DNA of 64,000 nucleotides from an uncultured Peptoniphilaceae bacterium (GTDB taxonomy: Bacteria; Bacillota; Clostridia; Tissierellales; Peptoniphilaceae), in the NCBI GenBank assembly GCA_964510345.1, contig CAZEBB010000007.1, forward strand, positions 3,161 to 67,160. Reading direction: 5' to 3'. Shown here piece after piece: positions 46,346 to 55,666 of this stretch. A program made the position numbers and the translations under genes. A model generated the notes under the pieces. It was given only the letters and a program-made list of their open reading frames with translations, was not told the origin of the DNA and did no database searches. Position 1 is the first letter of the stretch; the number at the start of each line of letters is the position of its first letter.

Positions 46346-46561
46346 CTATCCTACAATCAGCTGAATCAGATTGAGGAATAGCATATCCAGTCCATACACG
46401 ATAAGGGATAGCAAGATGGACATAATAATGACCACTATCGTGTATTGAACCAACAATTTCTTCGTTGGCCAAACGATCTTCTTGAACTCGGACTTGACAC
46501 CTTTGAAAAATCCTGATGCCTTCTTACTTTTGTTTTCTGTTGAGCTTGTCTGCGTTGCCAT
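46346..46561 (-). CDS. secE: Preprotein translocase subunit SecE
   Basis: 71 aa with a single C-terminal TM helix, in the conserved position between rpmG and nusG. Confidence 0.9.
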   Translation of the reverse strand: MATQTSSTENKSKKASGFFKGVKSEFKKIVWPTKKLLVQYTIVVIIMSILLSLIVYGLDMLFLNLIQLIVG

Positions 46562-46570
46562 TCTTCCTCC

Positions 46571-46720
46571 CTAACGGGTCTCTCTGTGTAGCGTGTGCGT
46601 TTTGCAGAATTTACAATACTTCTTCAATTCCACGCGCGCTGTCGTGACCTTCTTGTTCTTGTTGGAAGTATAGTTCCGATTCTTGCATTCAGTACAAGCC
46701 AGAGTGATACGATCTCTCAT
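46571..46720 (-). CDS. rpmG: 50S ribosomal protein L33 (not in the ORF track, under 60 aa)
   Basis: Manual translation gives [49 protein letters not shown]-stop. GGAGGTG lies 5 nt upstream of the ATG at 46718-46720. Confidence 0.9.
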   Translation of the reverse strand: MRDRITLACTECKNRNYTSNKNKKVTTARVELKKYCKFCKTHTLHRETR

Positions 46721-46745
46721 AATGCACCTCCTGAACGGTTTGGTA

Positions 46746-46777
46746 CTAAAAAATGGATAGGGTCTCTATCCATTTTC
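46746..46777 (-). terminator. Rho-independent terminator after the Bce-type permease gene
   Basis: Minus-strand ATGGATAG-AGACC-CTATCCAT is followed by TTTTTTAG. Confidence 0.75.
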
Positions 46778-46843
46778 GGGCACCTTAGTAAGGGTATCAC
46801 ATGAAACGTGCAATTGTCAAGTAAAATCCGCGATTTTCCTGCG

Positions 46844-48844
46844 CTATTCCGCCACGATCCGGTAGTATTCGCGCGAGGTGAACTTGTAAACGATGAAGTA
46901 CACGAGGGCGATGATGCCGACTGCAATCCCCAATGTCGTGAAGTAGAATCTCCAGTCGCGGATGCCGAAGAGTCCCAAGAGGCGAAACAAGATCTTCGAG
47001 CCGACGGCCGTGTGAATCAGCGCGATGGCCAAGGGCAGTGTGAACAGCCAAATCAGTTGGCGATTGGTTGTCTTGCGAATGAGTTCGTCGGGCAAGCCGA
47101 CTTGCTTCATGATTTGGAAATTGCGGCGATCCTCATAACCTTCTGTGATCTGCTTATAGTACGTGATCAGCGCGGTGCCGGTCAGGAACATCAGGCTCAC
47201 GAGCAATCCGATAAACACGAAGCTTCCGTTGATCTGGTACAGGCCGTCTCGCATCTCCGCTTCGCTGCGCGGCGCTTGGATGCCTTCTTCCGCCAAAACG
47301 TCTTGCATGCGCGAGGTATAGCCGTCGTTCACCTTCGCCATATCCCAATCGACGATGAGACTGTACGTCGGGGGAAGGATTTCATTCGTCTGCGGGTTCA
47401 TCATCGCATAGTCCTTGGAAAGCTCTTGCATCATCGAAAAATCCGGCACTAAGATCGTGTACATGTCGATCGCAATCGTCGAAGAGATCGTGTCGTCGAG
47501 CGGTTTGACGGTATACTCTTTTCCGGAGAGGACGAGCGAGGTCTTCTCCTTCAGCGTATCGTTGTTGGCTGTCATATAGATCTCATCGGGTTGCAGGCTC
47601 AAGTTCGTTCCGTTGGTCGCATTGTAGTCGGATACCGTCATCGCCGAGAGGAAAACGGCGTCAGCGATCGAACGACCCACTTGATTCTCCGTCACCATCG
47701 CCAACAGTTCATTATCATGCATGACGACGCCGAAAAATAAATTGTAACCGGTGACGATCGTTTCGATGCGATTGTCTGTATCCTCTGTCTTTTGGACGAT
47801 GGCGCTCAGTCGGCTTAACTCCTCACGAATCTCCGCTTCGCTCGCGGTCCCGTCCATCGTCCAGCCTTGCATTGAAAAATCGTGTTTGATCTCGTTTGCG
47901 ATCATGGCTTCCATGCCGCGATAGATCGACAAGCCCGCTGCGGCGGCGATCATGATCCCCGTGATCAGCACGCATACGCTCGCCAGACCCATGGCATTGG
48001 CGCGCATGCGGTACAGCATGCCCGATACGGAGATAAAATTGGTTGGGCGATAAAACGAGTGGCGGTTTCTCTTTTGCGCTTTCAAAATAAAGATGCTCAA
48101 GCTCTTGAATAGTGCATAGGTGCCGCCGATGACGAGCAGCACAGCCACAAAAAACATCATCAGGCTGTCGAGCGTTCCCTTGGTCGTTAGAGCGATCCAG
48201 TACCCCGCGCCCATCATGACGAGTCCTGTGATCAGCGAAAGATAGTTGTTCTTCGGCTCACCTTCTGCGCGGGAGCCGGAGCTCATCAGTTGGATCGGGT
48301 TGACCATGCGCACCTTCACCACGTTCAGGATGTGCAGCAAGATGAAGAGCCCCAGTAAGAAGAGAGCGGTGACGACCGCGTTCTTCGGGTCGAATCCGTA
48401 TTCGCCCATGCCGGCCGACAGGTCGCCCGTCAGGCGATTTAGCCCGACAAAGGCCAGGAGCCCCAGTAGTTGTCCACCGGTGATGCTGAGCACTGTGACG
48501 AAGAGATAGCGGATCGCGTTTTCGATGCCCAGCACGCGAGCGACGTGGCGTTTCTCCAACCCCAAAATGCCGTACAGGGCGAGTTCTTTGTTTCTGTTCT
48601 TGATCAAGAATCGGTTTGCATACAAGACGAAGACCGCGGTCAACAGCCCGCACAACACGACGCCGAACATGATGATCATCGGCAAGGACCCGTGCCGCGT
48701 CTGTACATATTCGTTGCCCACGAGAGCGAGCATGATGTAGAACAGTCCGCCCATAACGGACGATGCCAGAATAAACGGGATCTCCAAATTCAGATTGGCT
48801 TTCATCCCACGCGTGGCGACGCTAAAGAAGAGGCTATTCTTCAT
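46844..48844 (-). CDS. BceB-type ABC transporter permease (10 TM, large extracellular domain, two FtsX domains)
   Basis: 666 aa. It overlaps the ATPase gene by 11 nt, and its architecture is typical of peptide-antibiotic detoxification transporters. Confidence 0.85.
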   Translation of the reverse strand: MKNSLFFSVATRGMKANLNLEIPFILASSVMGGLFYIMLALVGNEYVQTRHGSLPMIIMFGVVLCGLLTAVFVLYANRFLIKNRNKELALYGILGLEKRHVARVLGIENAIRYLFVTVLSITGGQLLGLLAFVGLNRLTGDLSAGMGEYGFDPKNAVVTALFLLGLFILLHILNVVKVRMVNPIQLMSSGSRAEGEPKNNYLSLITGLVMMGAGYWIALTTKGTLDSLMMFFVAVLLVIGGTYALFKSLSIFILKAQKRNRHSFYRPTNFISVSGMLYRMRANAMGLASVCVLITGIMIAAAAGLSIYRGMEAMIANEIKHDFSMQGWTMDGTASEAEIREELSRLSAIVQKTEDTDNRIETIVTGYNLFFGVVMHDNELLAMVTENQVGRSIADAVFLSAMTVSDYNATNGTNLSLQPDEIYMTANNDTLKEKTSLVLSGKEYTVKPLDDTISSTIAIDMYTILVPDFSMMQELSKDYAMMNPQTNEILPPTYSLIVDWDMAKVNDGYTSRMQDVLAEEGIQAPRSEAEMRDGLYQINGSFVFIGLLVSLMFLTGTALITYYKQITEGYEDRRNFQIMKQVGLPDELIRKTTNRQLIWLFTLPLAIALIHTAVGSKILFRLLGLFGIRDWRFYFTTLGIAVGIIALVYFIVYKFTSREYYRIVAE

Positions 48845-49604
48845 GATCCTGTCCCCCTTGGTTCAAAGCGGCCAGCGACTGAGCGATCCGCTCCATGTAG
48901 GGGTGGATCCCCTCGTCCCCGCGGTAAATCTCGTGGTACACTTTGCCGTCCTTGATGAAGAGCACGCGTCCGGCGTGGGCCGCCGCATAAGCGGAGTGCG
49001 TGACCATGAGGATGGTCTGCCCCATCGCCTGCAGGTTTTCAAATACGGACAGGATCCGCTTAGATGATTTGGAATCCAGCGCACCGGTCGGCTCATCCGC
49101 TAAAAGCAGTGCCGGATTCGTAATGATGGCGCGCGCGATCGCGATGCGCTGTTTCTGTCCGCCGGACACTTGGTAAGGGAATTTGTCGACGAAGTCCGCA
49201 AGGCCGAGCGCCTCTTGGATCTCTGCGAGCCTTGCGTCCATCTCGGACGGTTTCTTCCCGGCCAGTACCATCGGCAGGTAGATATTGTCGCGGTTGGAAA
49301 ATGTGTCCAGCAGGTTGAAATCCTGAAACACAAAGCCCAGCTCGTTTCTTCGGAAGGCGGCGATGTCTTTGTCCTTGATCACAGAGATGTCCTTCCCGTT
49401 CACGAGCACCGTGCCCGACGTCGGCTTGTCCAGCGTGGCGACGATATTGAGCAGCGTCGACTTTCCGCTTCCACTCTCGCCCATGATGGCGACGAACTCG
49501 CCTTTATTTACGCTGAAATTCACTTCGGTGAGCGCTTCTGTCTTCGCTTCGCCGAATCGGCTTCCGTATACTTTCTTTATGCCTTTTACTTCTAATACTG
49601 TCAT
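48834..49604 (-). CDS. BceA-type ABC transporter ATP-binding protein
   Basis: 256 aa. Walker A GESGSGKST, signature SGGQKQR, Walker B LLLADEP. Confidence 0.9.
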   Translation of the reverse strand: MTVLEVKGIKKVYGSRFGEAKTEALTEVNFSVNKGEFVAIMGESGSGKSTLLNIVATLDKPTSGTVLVNGKDISVIKDKDIAAFRRNELGFVFQDFNLLDTFSNRDNIYLPMVLAGKKPSEMDARLAEIQEALGLADFVDKFPYQVSGGQKQRIAIARAIITNPALLLADEPTGALDSKSSKRILSVFENLQAMGQTILMVTHSAYAAAHAGRVLFIKDGKVYHEIYRGDEGIHPYMERIAQSLAALNQGGQDHEE

Positions 49605-49687
49605 GTGGATACCCTCCCTGTTTGATGTTTCCAGTGTATCGCCTTTTGTCGTTGGGTTCCTTTATCTAATCTGACAGTTGCGCCTTT

Positions 49688-50602
49688 TTAGCTTACATTT
49701 TTGAAAGGTTGAAAGCCGATCCGCACCGTCGTGCCGTGGCCTACTTCCGACGCCACGTGGATCGTATGCCCCAGCCTGTTCGCAATGCTCTGCGCGAGAA
49801 ACAGCCCCAGCCCTGTGGATTTCTCATGCAGGCGACCGTTCGTACCCGAGTAGCCGCGGTCAAAGATCTTCGGAAGATCCCTCGCGTGGATGCCGATCCC
49901 CGTGTCCGCGATGACGAGCTCTTGTCTCTCGGCGTCCCAAGAGACGGAGACTTCACCTTCTTTGGTGTACTTGACCGCATTGGAGAGGATCTGTTCGATG
50001 AGCACGCGCAGCCATTTGCCATCGGTGAGGACCATCGCATGGGTAGGCGCATAATCGAGCCTGACATTGCCGTGGATAAAAAACAGCGAGAAGTGCTTAA
50101 ACAGTCCCCGGAGGATGTCGTCCAGCGCGACGTCTGCAAACTCGAGATCTGCCGTGGGGTCCGTGAGCTTCAGATAGTTCATCGCCATGTTCGCGTAGCC
50201 CTCGATGCGGACGAGCTCCAAGCGGATGTCATCTCGTCGGTCGGTGCCGGCGTCTTCTGCCAGCAGCTTGGCTGCCGTGATCGGCGTCTTCATCTGATGC
50301 ACCCACAGGAGGAAGTAGGCGAGTAGCTCCGCACGGCTTTCCGCATATTCCGCTTCCTTTTGCCGCGTTTCGTATTGCAATTGCTCCAGTTGTTCCTTGG
50401 CACTTTCTTCCTTTTTAAAAGAGATAAACCGAACCCCTAAGTAGATGAGCGCAAAGAACAGAATCACCTGCGATGCGTATGTGAAAACTCGAATGTCTGA
50501 ACGCAATAGCGCTGTCGCAACGCCAAATGCGGCGATGGCGATCGCTACGCCCAGTATGAAGGGCAGCTGCCAAACTAGGTACGCACGCAATCGGGCGGTC
50601 AC
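49688..50602 (-). CDS. BceS-type intramembrane-sensing histidine kinase
   Basis: 304 aa. Two N-terminal TM helices with a minimal loop, H-box WVHQMKTPITAAK and a HATPase_c domain. Confidence 0.85.
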   Translation of the reverse strand: MTARLRAYLVWQLPFILGVAIAIAAFGVATALLRSDIRVFTYASQVILFFALIYLGVRFISFKKEESAKEQLEQLQYETRQKEAEYAESRAELLAYFLLWVHQMKTPITAAKLLAEDAGTDRRDDIRLELVRIEGYANMAMNYLKLTDPTADLEFADVALDDILRGLFKHFSLFFIHGNVRLDYAPTHAMVLTDGKWLRVLIEQILSNAVKYTKEGEVSVSWDAERQELVIADTGIGIHARDLPKIFDRGYSGTNGRLHEKSTGLGLFLAQSIANRLGHTIHVASEVGHGTTVRIGFQPFKNVS

Positions 50603-51282
50603 TTCCCTACCTCCGGGTTTAGTCCATAGCCGATCCCCTTCTTCGTCACGATCAGGTCATTCAGCCCGATCTCATTCAGTTTTTTCCGAAGTCTCGTGAC
50701 ATTGACGGCGAGCGTGTTGTCGTCGATATAGCTGTCGCCCGCCCAGCATTTTTCCATCATCGTCTCCCGCCGAACAAAGGCGCCCTTGGCCTGAAAGAGC
50801 GCATCTAATATGACCAGCTCCGTGCGCGTGAGATCGATCGTCTCGCCCTTGGCTGCAAGCTTGGCCTCGCCCGGATACAGGCGTATCCCGTTCCAAGACA
50901 GCGCGTCCGCTTCCTGCGAAAAGTCGTACGTGCGGCGCAGCAGCGCTTGGATTTTTGCCAGCACCACCGTCGTGTCAAAGGGCTTGGTGATGTAGTCGTC
51001 GCCGCCCATCTGCACCGCCATCACGACGTCCATATTCTCCGCTTTCGAAGAAATGAAGATGATCGGCACATTAGACGTCTTGCGGATCTCGGCGCACCAA
51101 TAATAGCCGTTGAAATGCGGCAACACGATGTCCATCAGAATCAAATGAGGCGCATACGCTGCGACTTCCCCATCGATCTGCGTGAAATCCTGCACGGTCC
51201 GCACTTCATAGTCCCACTTCTCCAGCTCCCGCGACAATGATTGCGCGATCGTCGGGTCGTCTTCAATAATATAGATTTTCAT
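50599..51282 (-). CDS. OmpR-family response regulator (BceR-type)
   Basis: 227 aa. Receiver domain (LILMDIVLP) plus a winged-helix output domain. It overlaps the kinase gene by 4 nt. Confidence 0.9.
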   Translation of the reverse strand: MKIYIIEDDPTIAQSLSRELEKWDYEVRTVQDFTQIDGEVAAYAPHLILMDIVLPHFNGYYWCAEIRKTSNVPIIFISSKAENMDVVMAVQMGGDDYITKPFDTTVVLAKIQALLRRTYDFSQEADALSWNGIRLYPGEAKLAAKGETIDLTRTELVILDALFQAKGAFVRRETMMEKCWAGDSYIDDNTLAVNVTRLRKKLNEIGLNDLIVTKKGIGYGLNPEVGK

Positions 51283-51297
51283 CAGAAGGTCACCTCC

Positions 51298-52665
51298 TTA
51301 TCGAAATACTTCTTTCCCCGCGCGCAAGTTCTTCACGCCGATCCAGAGCAGCGTGCCGCTCACGCAAACCGAGAGAATGTCCGCCAACGGCTCCGCATAG
51401 ATGACCCCGTTCGCCCCGAAGAAAATCGGTAAAACAAACGTAAAGGGAATCAGCAGGATCACCTTTCTCAGGATCGCAATAAACAGCGAGACCCTCGCCT
51501 GCCCGGTGCCGATATAGAGCATCTGCGCACACATTTGAATGGAAAAGATCGACGAACCCAGCATAAAGATCGGCAAGAGTTCTTCTACCAGCCCGAGAAG
51601 CGCGGGGTCGGTCGTAAAAATGCGCGCAAACAGGCCCGGAAAGAAAAAGATCAGCAAATAGTAACTCATACTCACAGCCGTGAGGGCGATCACGCTGATC
51701 TTCACCGCCTCCAGGATGCGCTCATACCGCTTCGCGCCGTAACTGAAGCTGATCAATGGCTGCACCCCGGCCGTGTACCCACTAATGGGGATGATGATCA
51801 GCTGCATGAGACTCTGGAGAATGGTAATGGCGCCGATATGTAAGTTGCCACCATATAATAGAAGACGATTGTTAAAGGCGATCTGGATGGCGCTTTCTGT
51901 CGACTGGATGATAAACGATGAAACCCCGATCGAAAGAATGAGCCCCAGCCGCTTGGTGTCGATGCGAAGTTCTGACTTGCGTATGCGCAAGATGCTCTTG
52001 TCGGAGGTTAAGAAACGCACGACAAACACGGCGCTCAAGGCCTGCGACAACACCGTCGCGATGGCTGCACCGCGGACTCCCATATCGAGAGCATAAATAA
52101 ACACCGGGTCCAGTACGATATTGGTCACCGCACCGATCACGACCGTGATCATCGCCGTCTTCGCCTTGCCTTGGCTCGAGATAAAAGGGTTCAGACCGGT
52201 CGAGTACATGACGAAGATCGTGCCCAAAAGATAGGTCGACGCGTAATCCATCGCATACGGTAGCGTTTCCGGACTCGCGCCGAACACATACAAGAGCGGC
52301 TCCAAAAACAGCAATCCCATTACTGTGAGCACGACACCCAACACCGTCAGCGTGGCAAATCCCGTGCCCAGGTTTTTCCCGGCATCTTCCGGCTGGCCTC
52401 GCCCCAGCGCCATCGCAGCAAGCGGCGCTCCACCTCCGCCGATCAGCAGCGCAAACGCACTCACGATTAAGAGCAGCGGTGCACACACACCCAATGCGGT
52501 AAGGGCGATCGCCCCATCCCCCGGCATATGACCTACATACATGCGGTCCACGATGTTATATAAGATATTGACAATTTGCGCCACGATCGACGGCACCGCC
52601 AGCGTCACGATCAGAGAGGACACCTTCTTTGTCGCCATCGGGCTTTCAGTAGAATTTCTCATCAT
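51298..52665 (-). CDS. MATE-family efflux transporter
   Basis: 12-TM MATE pattern. The start is uncertain (MMRNSTESPMATKK...). The longer ORF-track extension overlaps the upstream terminator. Confidence 0.8.
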   Translation of the reverse strand: MMRNSTESPMATKKVSSLIVTLAVPSIVAQIVNILYNIVDRMYVGHMPGDGAIALTALGVCAPLLLIVSAFALLIGGGGAPLAAMALGRGQPEDAGKNLGTGFATLTVLGVVLTVMGLLFLEPLLYVFGASPETLPYAMDYASTYLLGTIFVMYSTGLNPFISSQGKAKTAMITVVIGAVTNIVLDPVFIYALDMGVRGAAIATVLSQALSAVFVVRFLTSDKSILRIRKSELRIDTKRLGLILSIGVSSFIIQSTESAIQIAFNNRLLLYGGNLHIGAITILQSLMQLIIIPISGYTAGVQPLISFSYGAKRYERILEAVKISVIALTAVSMSYYLLIFFFPGLFARIFTTDPALLGLVEELLPIFMLGSSIFSIQMCAQMLYIGTGQARVSLFIAILRKVILLIPFTFVLPIFFGANGVIYAEPLADILSVCVSGTLLWIGVKNLRAGKEVFR

Positions 52666-52700
52666 AAAATAAGTATGACATATTGACAAGGAAACTTCCA

Positions 52701-52741
52701 ACGTAAAACACCCCACACTTCACAAAATGAAGTACGGGGTG
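52701..52741 (-). terminator. Rho-independent terminator of the GntR gene
   Basis: Minus-strand CACCCCGTACTTCA-TTTTG-TGAAGTGTGGGGTG (with G-U pairs) is followed by TTTTACGTT. Confidence 0.65.
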
Positions 52742-52758
52742 ACACAGTGTTCATATGA

Positions 52759-53400
52759 TCAGTTTTTTGCGATCGACTTTCCGTAGTGCTGCTTGATCAT
52801 CGACAGCACGCGGTCATGATCTTCCATCGTGATCGCCGCCAAGATATCCTGATGCTCCAGAAAATTTCTCGTCTTGTCGAAATCGCGGTACGTATAGTCG
52901 TGGATAAAGGCGAGCAGAAACCTGTCAACCAACTTGTCGTATACGCCCATCAGGCATTGATTCCCGGACACCCGCACAAAGCACTCATCGAACACCATCG
53001 CGTGGCGCGCCAAATCGAGCACCTCACCTTCCTGTGTGAGCGCTTCTTCTTGTTTCACCAGCGCTTCCTGCATCGCCGTAATCAGCTCCGGGACGCGCTC
53101 TTCTCGCCTGCACAGCTCGTACCCGCCGACCAGAAGAATCTCGATCGTCTCTGTGAGTTCCCGGTACGACTCTGCGGTAAACTCCAGTACCTTCGCGCCG
53201 ACATTCGGCGTGATCGTGATGATGCCGTCCTGCTCAAGAACGGTCAGCGCCTCTCGTATCGGATTGTTGCTCACCCCCAGCTCGCGTGAGAGGATATCGA
53301 TATTAATGCGCTCCCCAAACCGGTAGTGTTGGTTGAGGATGCGCTCGCGAATAATCCGGTAGGTCTGATCTCGCATACGAGATCGTGCGACTTTGGTCAT
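52759..53400 (-). CDS. GntR-family transcriptional regulator (FadR/FCD subfamily)
   Basis: Winged HTH (INIDILSRELGVSNNPIREAL) plus an all-helical FCD-like C-terminal domain. The start was set at MTKVARS, 6 nt after AAGGAG. Confidence 0.8.
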   Translation of the reverse strand: MTKVARSRMRDQTYRIIRERILNQHYRFGERINIDILSRELGVSNNPIREALTVLEQDGIITITPNVGAKVLEFTAESYRELTETIEILLVGGYELCRREERVPELITAMQEALVKQEEALTQEGEVLDLARHAMVFDECFVRVSGNQCLMGVYDKLVDRFLLAFIHDYTYRDFDKTRNFLEHQDILAAITMEDHDRVLSMIKQHYGKSIAKN

Positions 53401-53510
53401 GTTCATCTCCTTTAGATGCTTATCGTCTATGCTTATCGCGGTCAACATGAGAATCCATCTTCTCTTATTGAATTTATATTACTACATATATGCCAAACTC
53501 GCCACTGCTA

Positions 53511-53542
53511 AATACAAAACCCCGAGAGCTTGCCTCCCGGGG
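53511..53542 (-). terminator. Rho-independent terminator of the CWB2 protein gene
   Basis: Minus-strand CCCCGGGAG-GCAAG-CTCTCGGGG is followed by TTTTGTATTT. Confidence 0.7.
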
Positions 53543-53556
53543 TCTGTTGGGTTCAA

Positions 53557-55602
53557 TTACTTCAGTTGTCCTTCCACTTTTGTCGAAATGGTGTTCACAC
53601 CACCGACGATCGTGAAGTGGTTGATCTCTTTGCCTTCGCCCTTCAGGTATTCCAGTACGATCTTCGGAACATTATCCTTTTGGACCAAGAGGATCGGTGC
53701 GCCGAATTCATCGGTCAACGGTCCGGCTGCCAATGCGTCGATATACACTTCTCCGCTTGCCACAAGTGCGCGTTTCGCGTTCGGATAGGTGTAGGCTGCG
53801 ATCATCGTTGCGGTTTCGTAACGATCCGCGCCGCCGATACGAAGAACATCCGCGTCTTTCTTGAGCTCGTCTTCGATCTCTTTCGAGACGGATGCGGTTT
53901 GACCGGCGATGACGATGTCATCAGGATTGATCGCTGCCAAGCTTGCCTTCGTGTACTCAGGCAGTACGGTCGGCATCGTCAACAGGATCGGTGCGCCTTC
54001 GCGAATTGCCAAGGAGCTGATGGTCAACGCATCGGGGAAGATATCGCCGCGTGCGAGAAGCACGAGGTCATCTTGTCCGGTGATCGATACAACGCGAGCC
54101 GCTACGAGTTTCGCGGTTTCGTAACGATCGGTTCCGCCGATACGCTCAACGCTGTAGTCTTCTTTCAGAAGATCTTCAACTTTAATGCTGATCGTGTTCG
54201 GTCCGCCGACGAGAATAATCTCTTCTACGCCCAAGCGAACGAGTTCGGCTTTGGTCGCTTCAGGAATGTCATCCTTGTTGACGAGAAGCAACGGTGCATC
54301 CAATACATCTGCCAATACGGTGGCTGTCAGTGCATCGGGGAAGAGGTGTCCGTTGACCACGACGGCGATTTTTGCCTTGTCATAGTTTTCTTTGGACACT
54401 TCCACTGCCGTTTCAAAACGGTCTTCGCCGTCGATACGGTCTACGATGTTGTCATCATCTCCGCCGCCGCCAACGCCGTCGGTAGTTTTATCGGTGACGA
54501 TTCTCTTCACTTCACCACTTGGCGCTTTACCATTTTCAACTTGGATCGCCGTAATGATGTCTCCCTTTTTGAGTTCGGGTACATCGACCGTCCATTTGCC
54601 GTCCGTTCCTACAACGACTGTGACTTGTGTCGTACCATCCGGTAAGGTGACGGTAATGGTCGCTCCCGGTACACCGCTACCCGATACTTTCGTATCTCCC
54701 GTGTAGGGTTGTTGAACGCTCGGGTTTGCGCTGATCTCTTTGGTTCCGACCAACAGAATACGGTCGACTGCTTCTTTAACGACCTTTTCAGAAACTTTAT
54801 CTTTAGTGACCACTCCGTTAAAGGTCGTCACTTTATAGGTGACTTCTTTCTCGCCAAGTACACCGGCTTGTTTTTCTTTTTCTTCACCGGCAGCTAAGGT
54901 CGGATCATATTCTTTGATCGTGTTGAAGGGAATGTCTTCCTTCACCACTTCTTCGCTTACAACAGCGACACCCGTTCCGCGCTCAATGATTTCATTGACT
55001 GCTGGCGTAGTGATAGTGTTAGACTTTTCGACTCTTCCCGTCTCTACTCCGTCGGTGTACGTAACGGTTTCAACAATTGTGCGAACTCCATTTTTCCCGG
55101 TTTGAACAACTTTCTGTTCTCCCACGAGGAGATTCGGATTATCTCTATATTCGGTGGTGTAGGGGACAGTTTCCGTTTTGGTTTCGTCCTTAGTCGTAAT
55201 CACCGGAGGAGTTTCGGGGGTCAGTAAAACGTAAACCGAGTTCTTAAAATTTGTTACCGTGATGCTGTCGGTTGTAGCCGGTAAATCAGAATCATCGATA
55301 ACCGCGGTATAACCGGGTACGTCGATACTGAAGGTATAGTCTCCCGGAGGGACATCTATTACATACTGCTGGTGCTTGGATCCAAACGGACTAGGAATGC
55401 CTGTCCAAGTATTTCCTGCAGCGTCAGAAATAGTGACTGTGACCTTGCTCATATCAACGCCAGCTTCGTTTGCGAAGTCATTGCCCACGAAGAAGTTGAC
55501 AGCAGCGCCTCCACCATAAGTGTCCGCAAAGCTAATGCCCGGGATTCCCATGATGAGTGCCAAGGCGAGAACCAGCACCAAAATTTTCGATACTTTTTTC
55601 AT
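53557..55602 (-). CDS. Cell-wall-bound protein: signal peptide, N-terminal beta domain, two G5 domains, one Ig-like module, three CWB2 repeats
   Basis: The start was set at MKKVSKILVLVLALALIMG after AAAGGAG. G5-like segments (VGEQKVVQTGKNGVRTI...; AAGEEKEKQAGVLGEKEV...). The Ig-like module YTGDTKVSGSGVPGATITVTLPDGT...GKWTVDVP is homologous to those of the upstream giant protein. Confidence 0.8.
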   Translation of the reverse strand: MKKVSKILVLVLALALIMGIPGISFADTYGGGAAVNFFVGNDFANEAGVDMSKVTVTISDAAGNTWTGIPSPFGSKHQQYVIDVPPGDYTFSIDVPGYTAVIDDSDLPATTDSITVTNFKNSVYVLLTPETPPVITTKDETKTETVPYTTEYRDNPNLLVGEQKVVQTGKNGVRTIVETVTYTDGVETGRVEKSNTITTPAVNEIIERGTGVAVVSEEVVKEDIPFNTIKEYDPTLAAGEEKEKQAGVLGEKEVTYKVTTFNGVVTKDKVSEKVVKEAVDRILLVGTKEISANPSVQQPYTGDTKVSGSGVPGATITVTLPDGTTQVTVVVGTDGKWTVDVPELKKGDIITAIQVENGKAPSGEVKRIVTDKTTDGVGGGGDDDNIVDRIDGEDRFETAVEVSKENYDKAKIAVVVNGHLFPDALTATVLADVLDAPLLLVNKDDIPEATKAELVRLGVEEIILVGGPNTISIKVEDLLKEDYSVERIGGTDRYETAKLVAARVVSITGQDDLVLLARGDIFPDALTISSLAIREGAPILLTMPTVLPEYTKASLAAINPDDIVIAGQTASVSKEIEDELKKDADVLRIGGADRYETATMIAAYTYPNAKRALVASGEVYIDALAAGPLTDEFGAPILLVQKDNVPKIVLEYLKGEGKEINHFTIVGGVNTISTKVEGQLK
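53560..54438 (-). repeat. Three tandem CWB2 wall-binding modules (293 aa in total)
   Basis: The modules start at RIDGEDRFETA, RIGGTDRYETA and RIGGADRYETA. Confidence 0.8.
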
Positions 55603-55627
55603 GTTTTCTCCTTTGAATGAGTAGTGA

Positions 55628-55652
55628 GGGGAAAGGCGGCGCGCGCCTTTCC
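55628..55652 (-). other. GC-rich intergenic stem-loop between the giant adhesin gene and the CWB2 gene
   Basis: Minus-strand GGAAAGGCG-CGCG-CCGCCTTTCC has no U-tract. It may be a partial terminator, a processing site or an mRNA-stability element. Confidence 0.4.
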
Positions 55653-55666
55653 TCTTGATCACTTAC

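Noticed and set aside
46778-46843. TTGACA-N18-TACCCT on the minus strand (about 46790-46825) as a promoter for rpmG located upstream of the terminator hairpin. That would turn the hairpin into an attenuator.
   Set aside because: The -10 element is poor, and the hairpin with its U-run is more simply the terminator of the upstream Bce permease gene. No evidence in the sequence distinguishes the alternatives.
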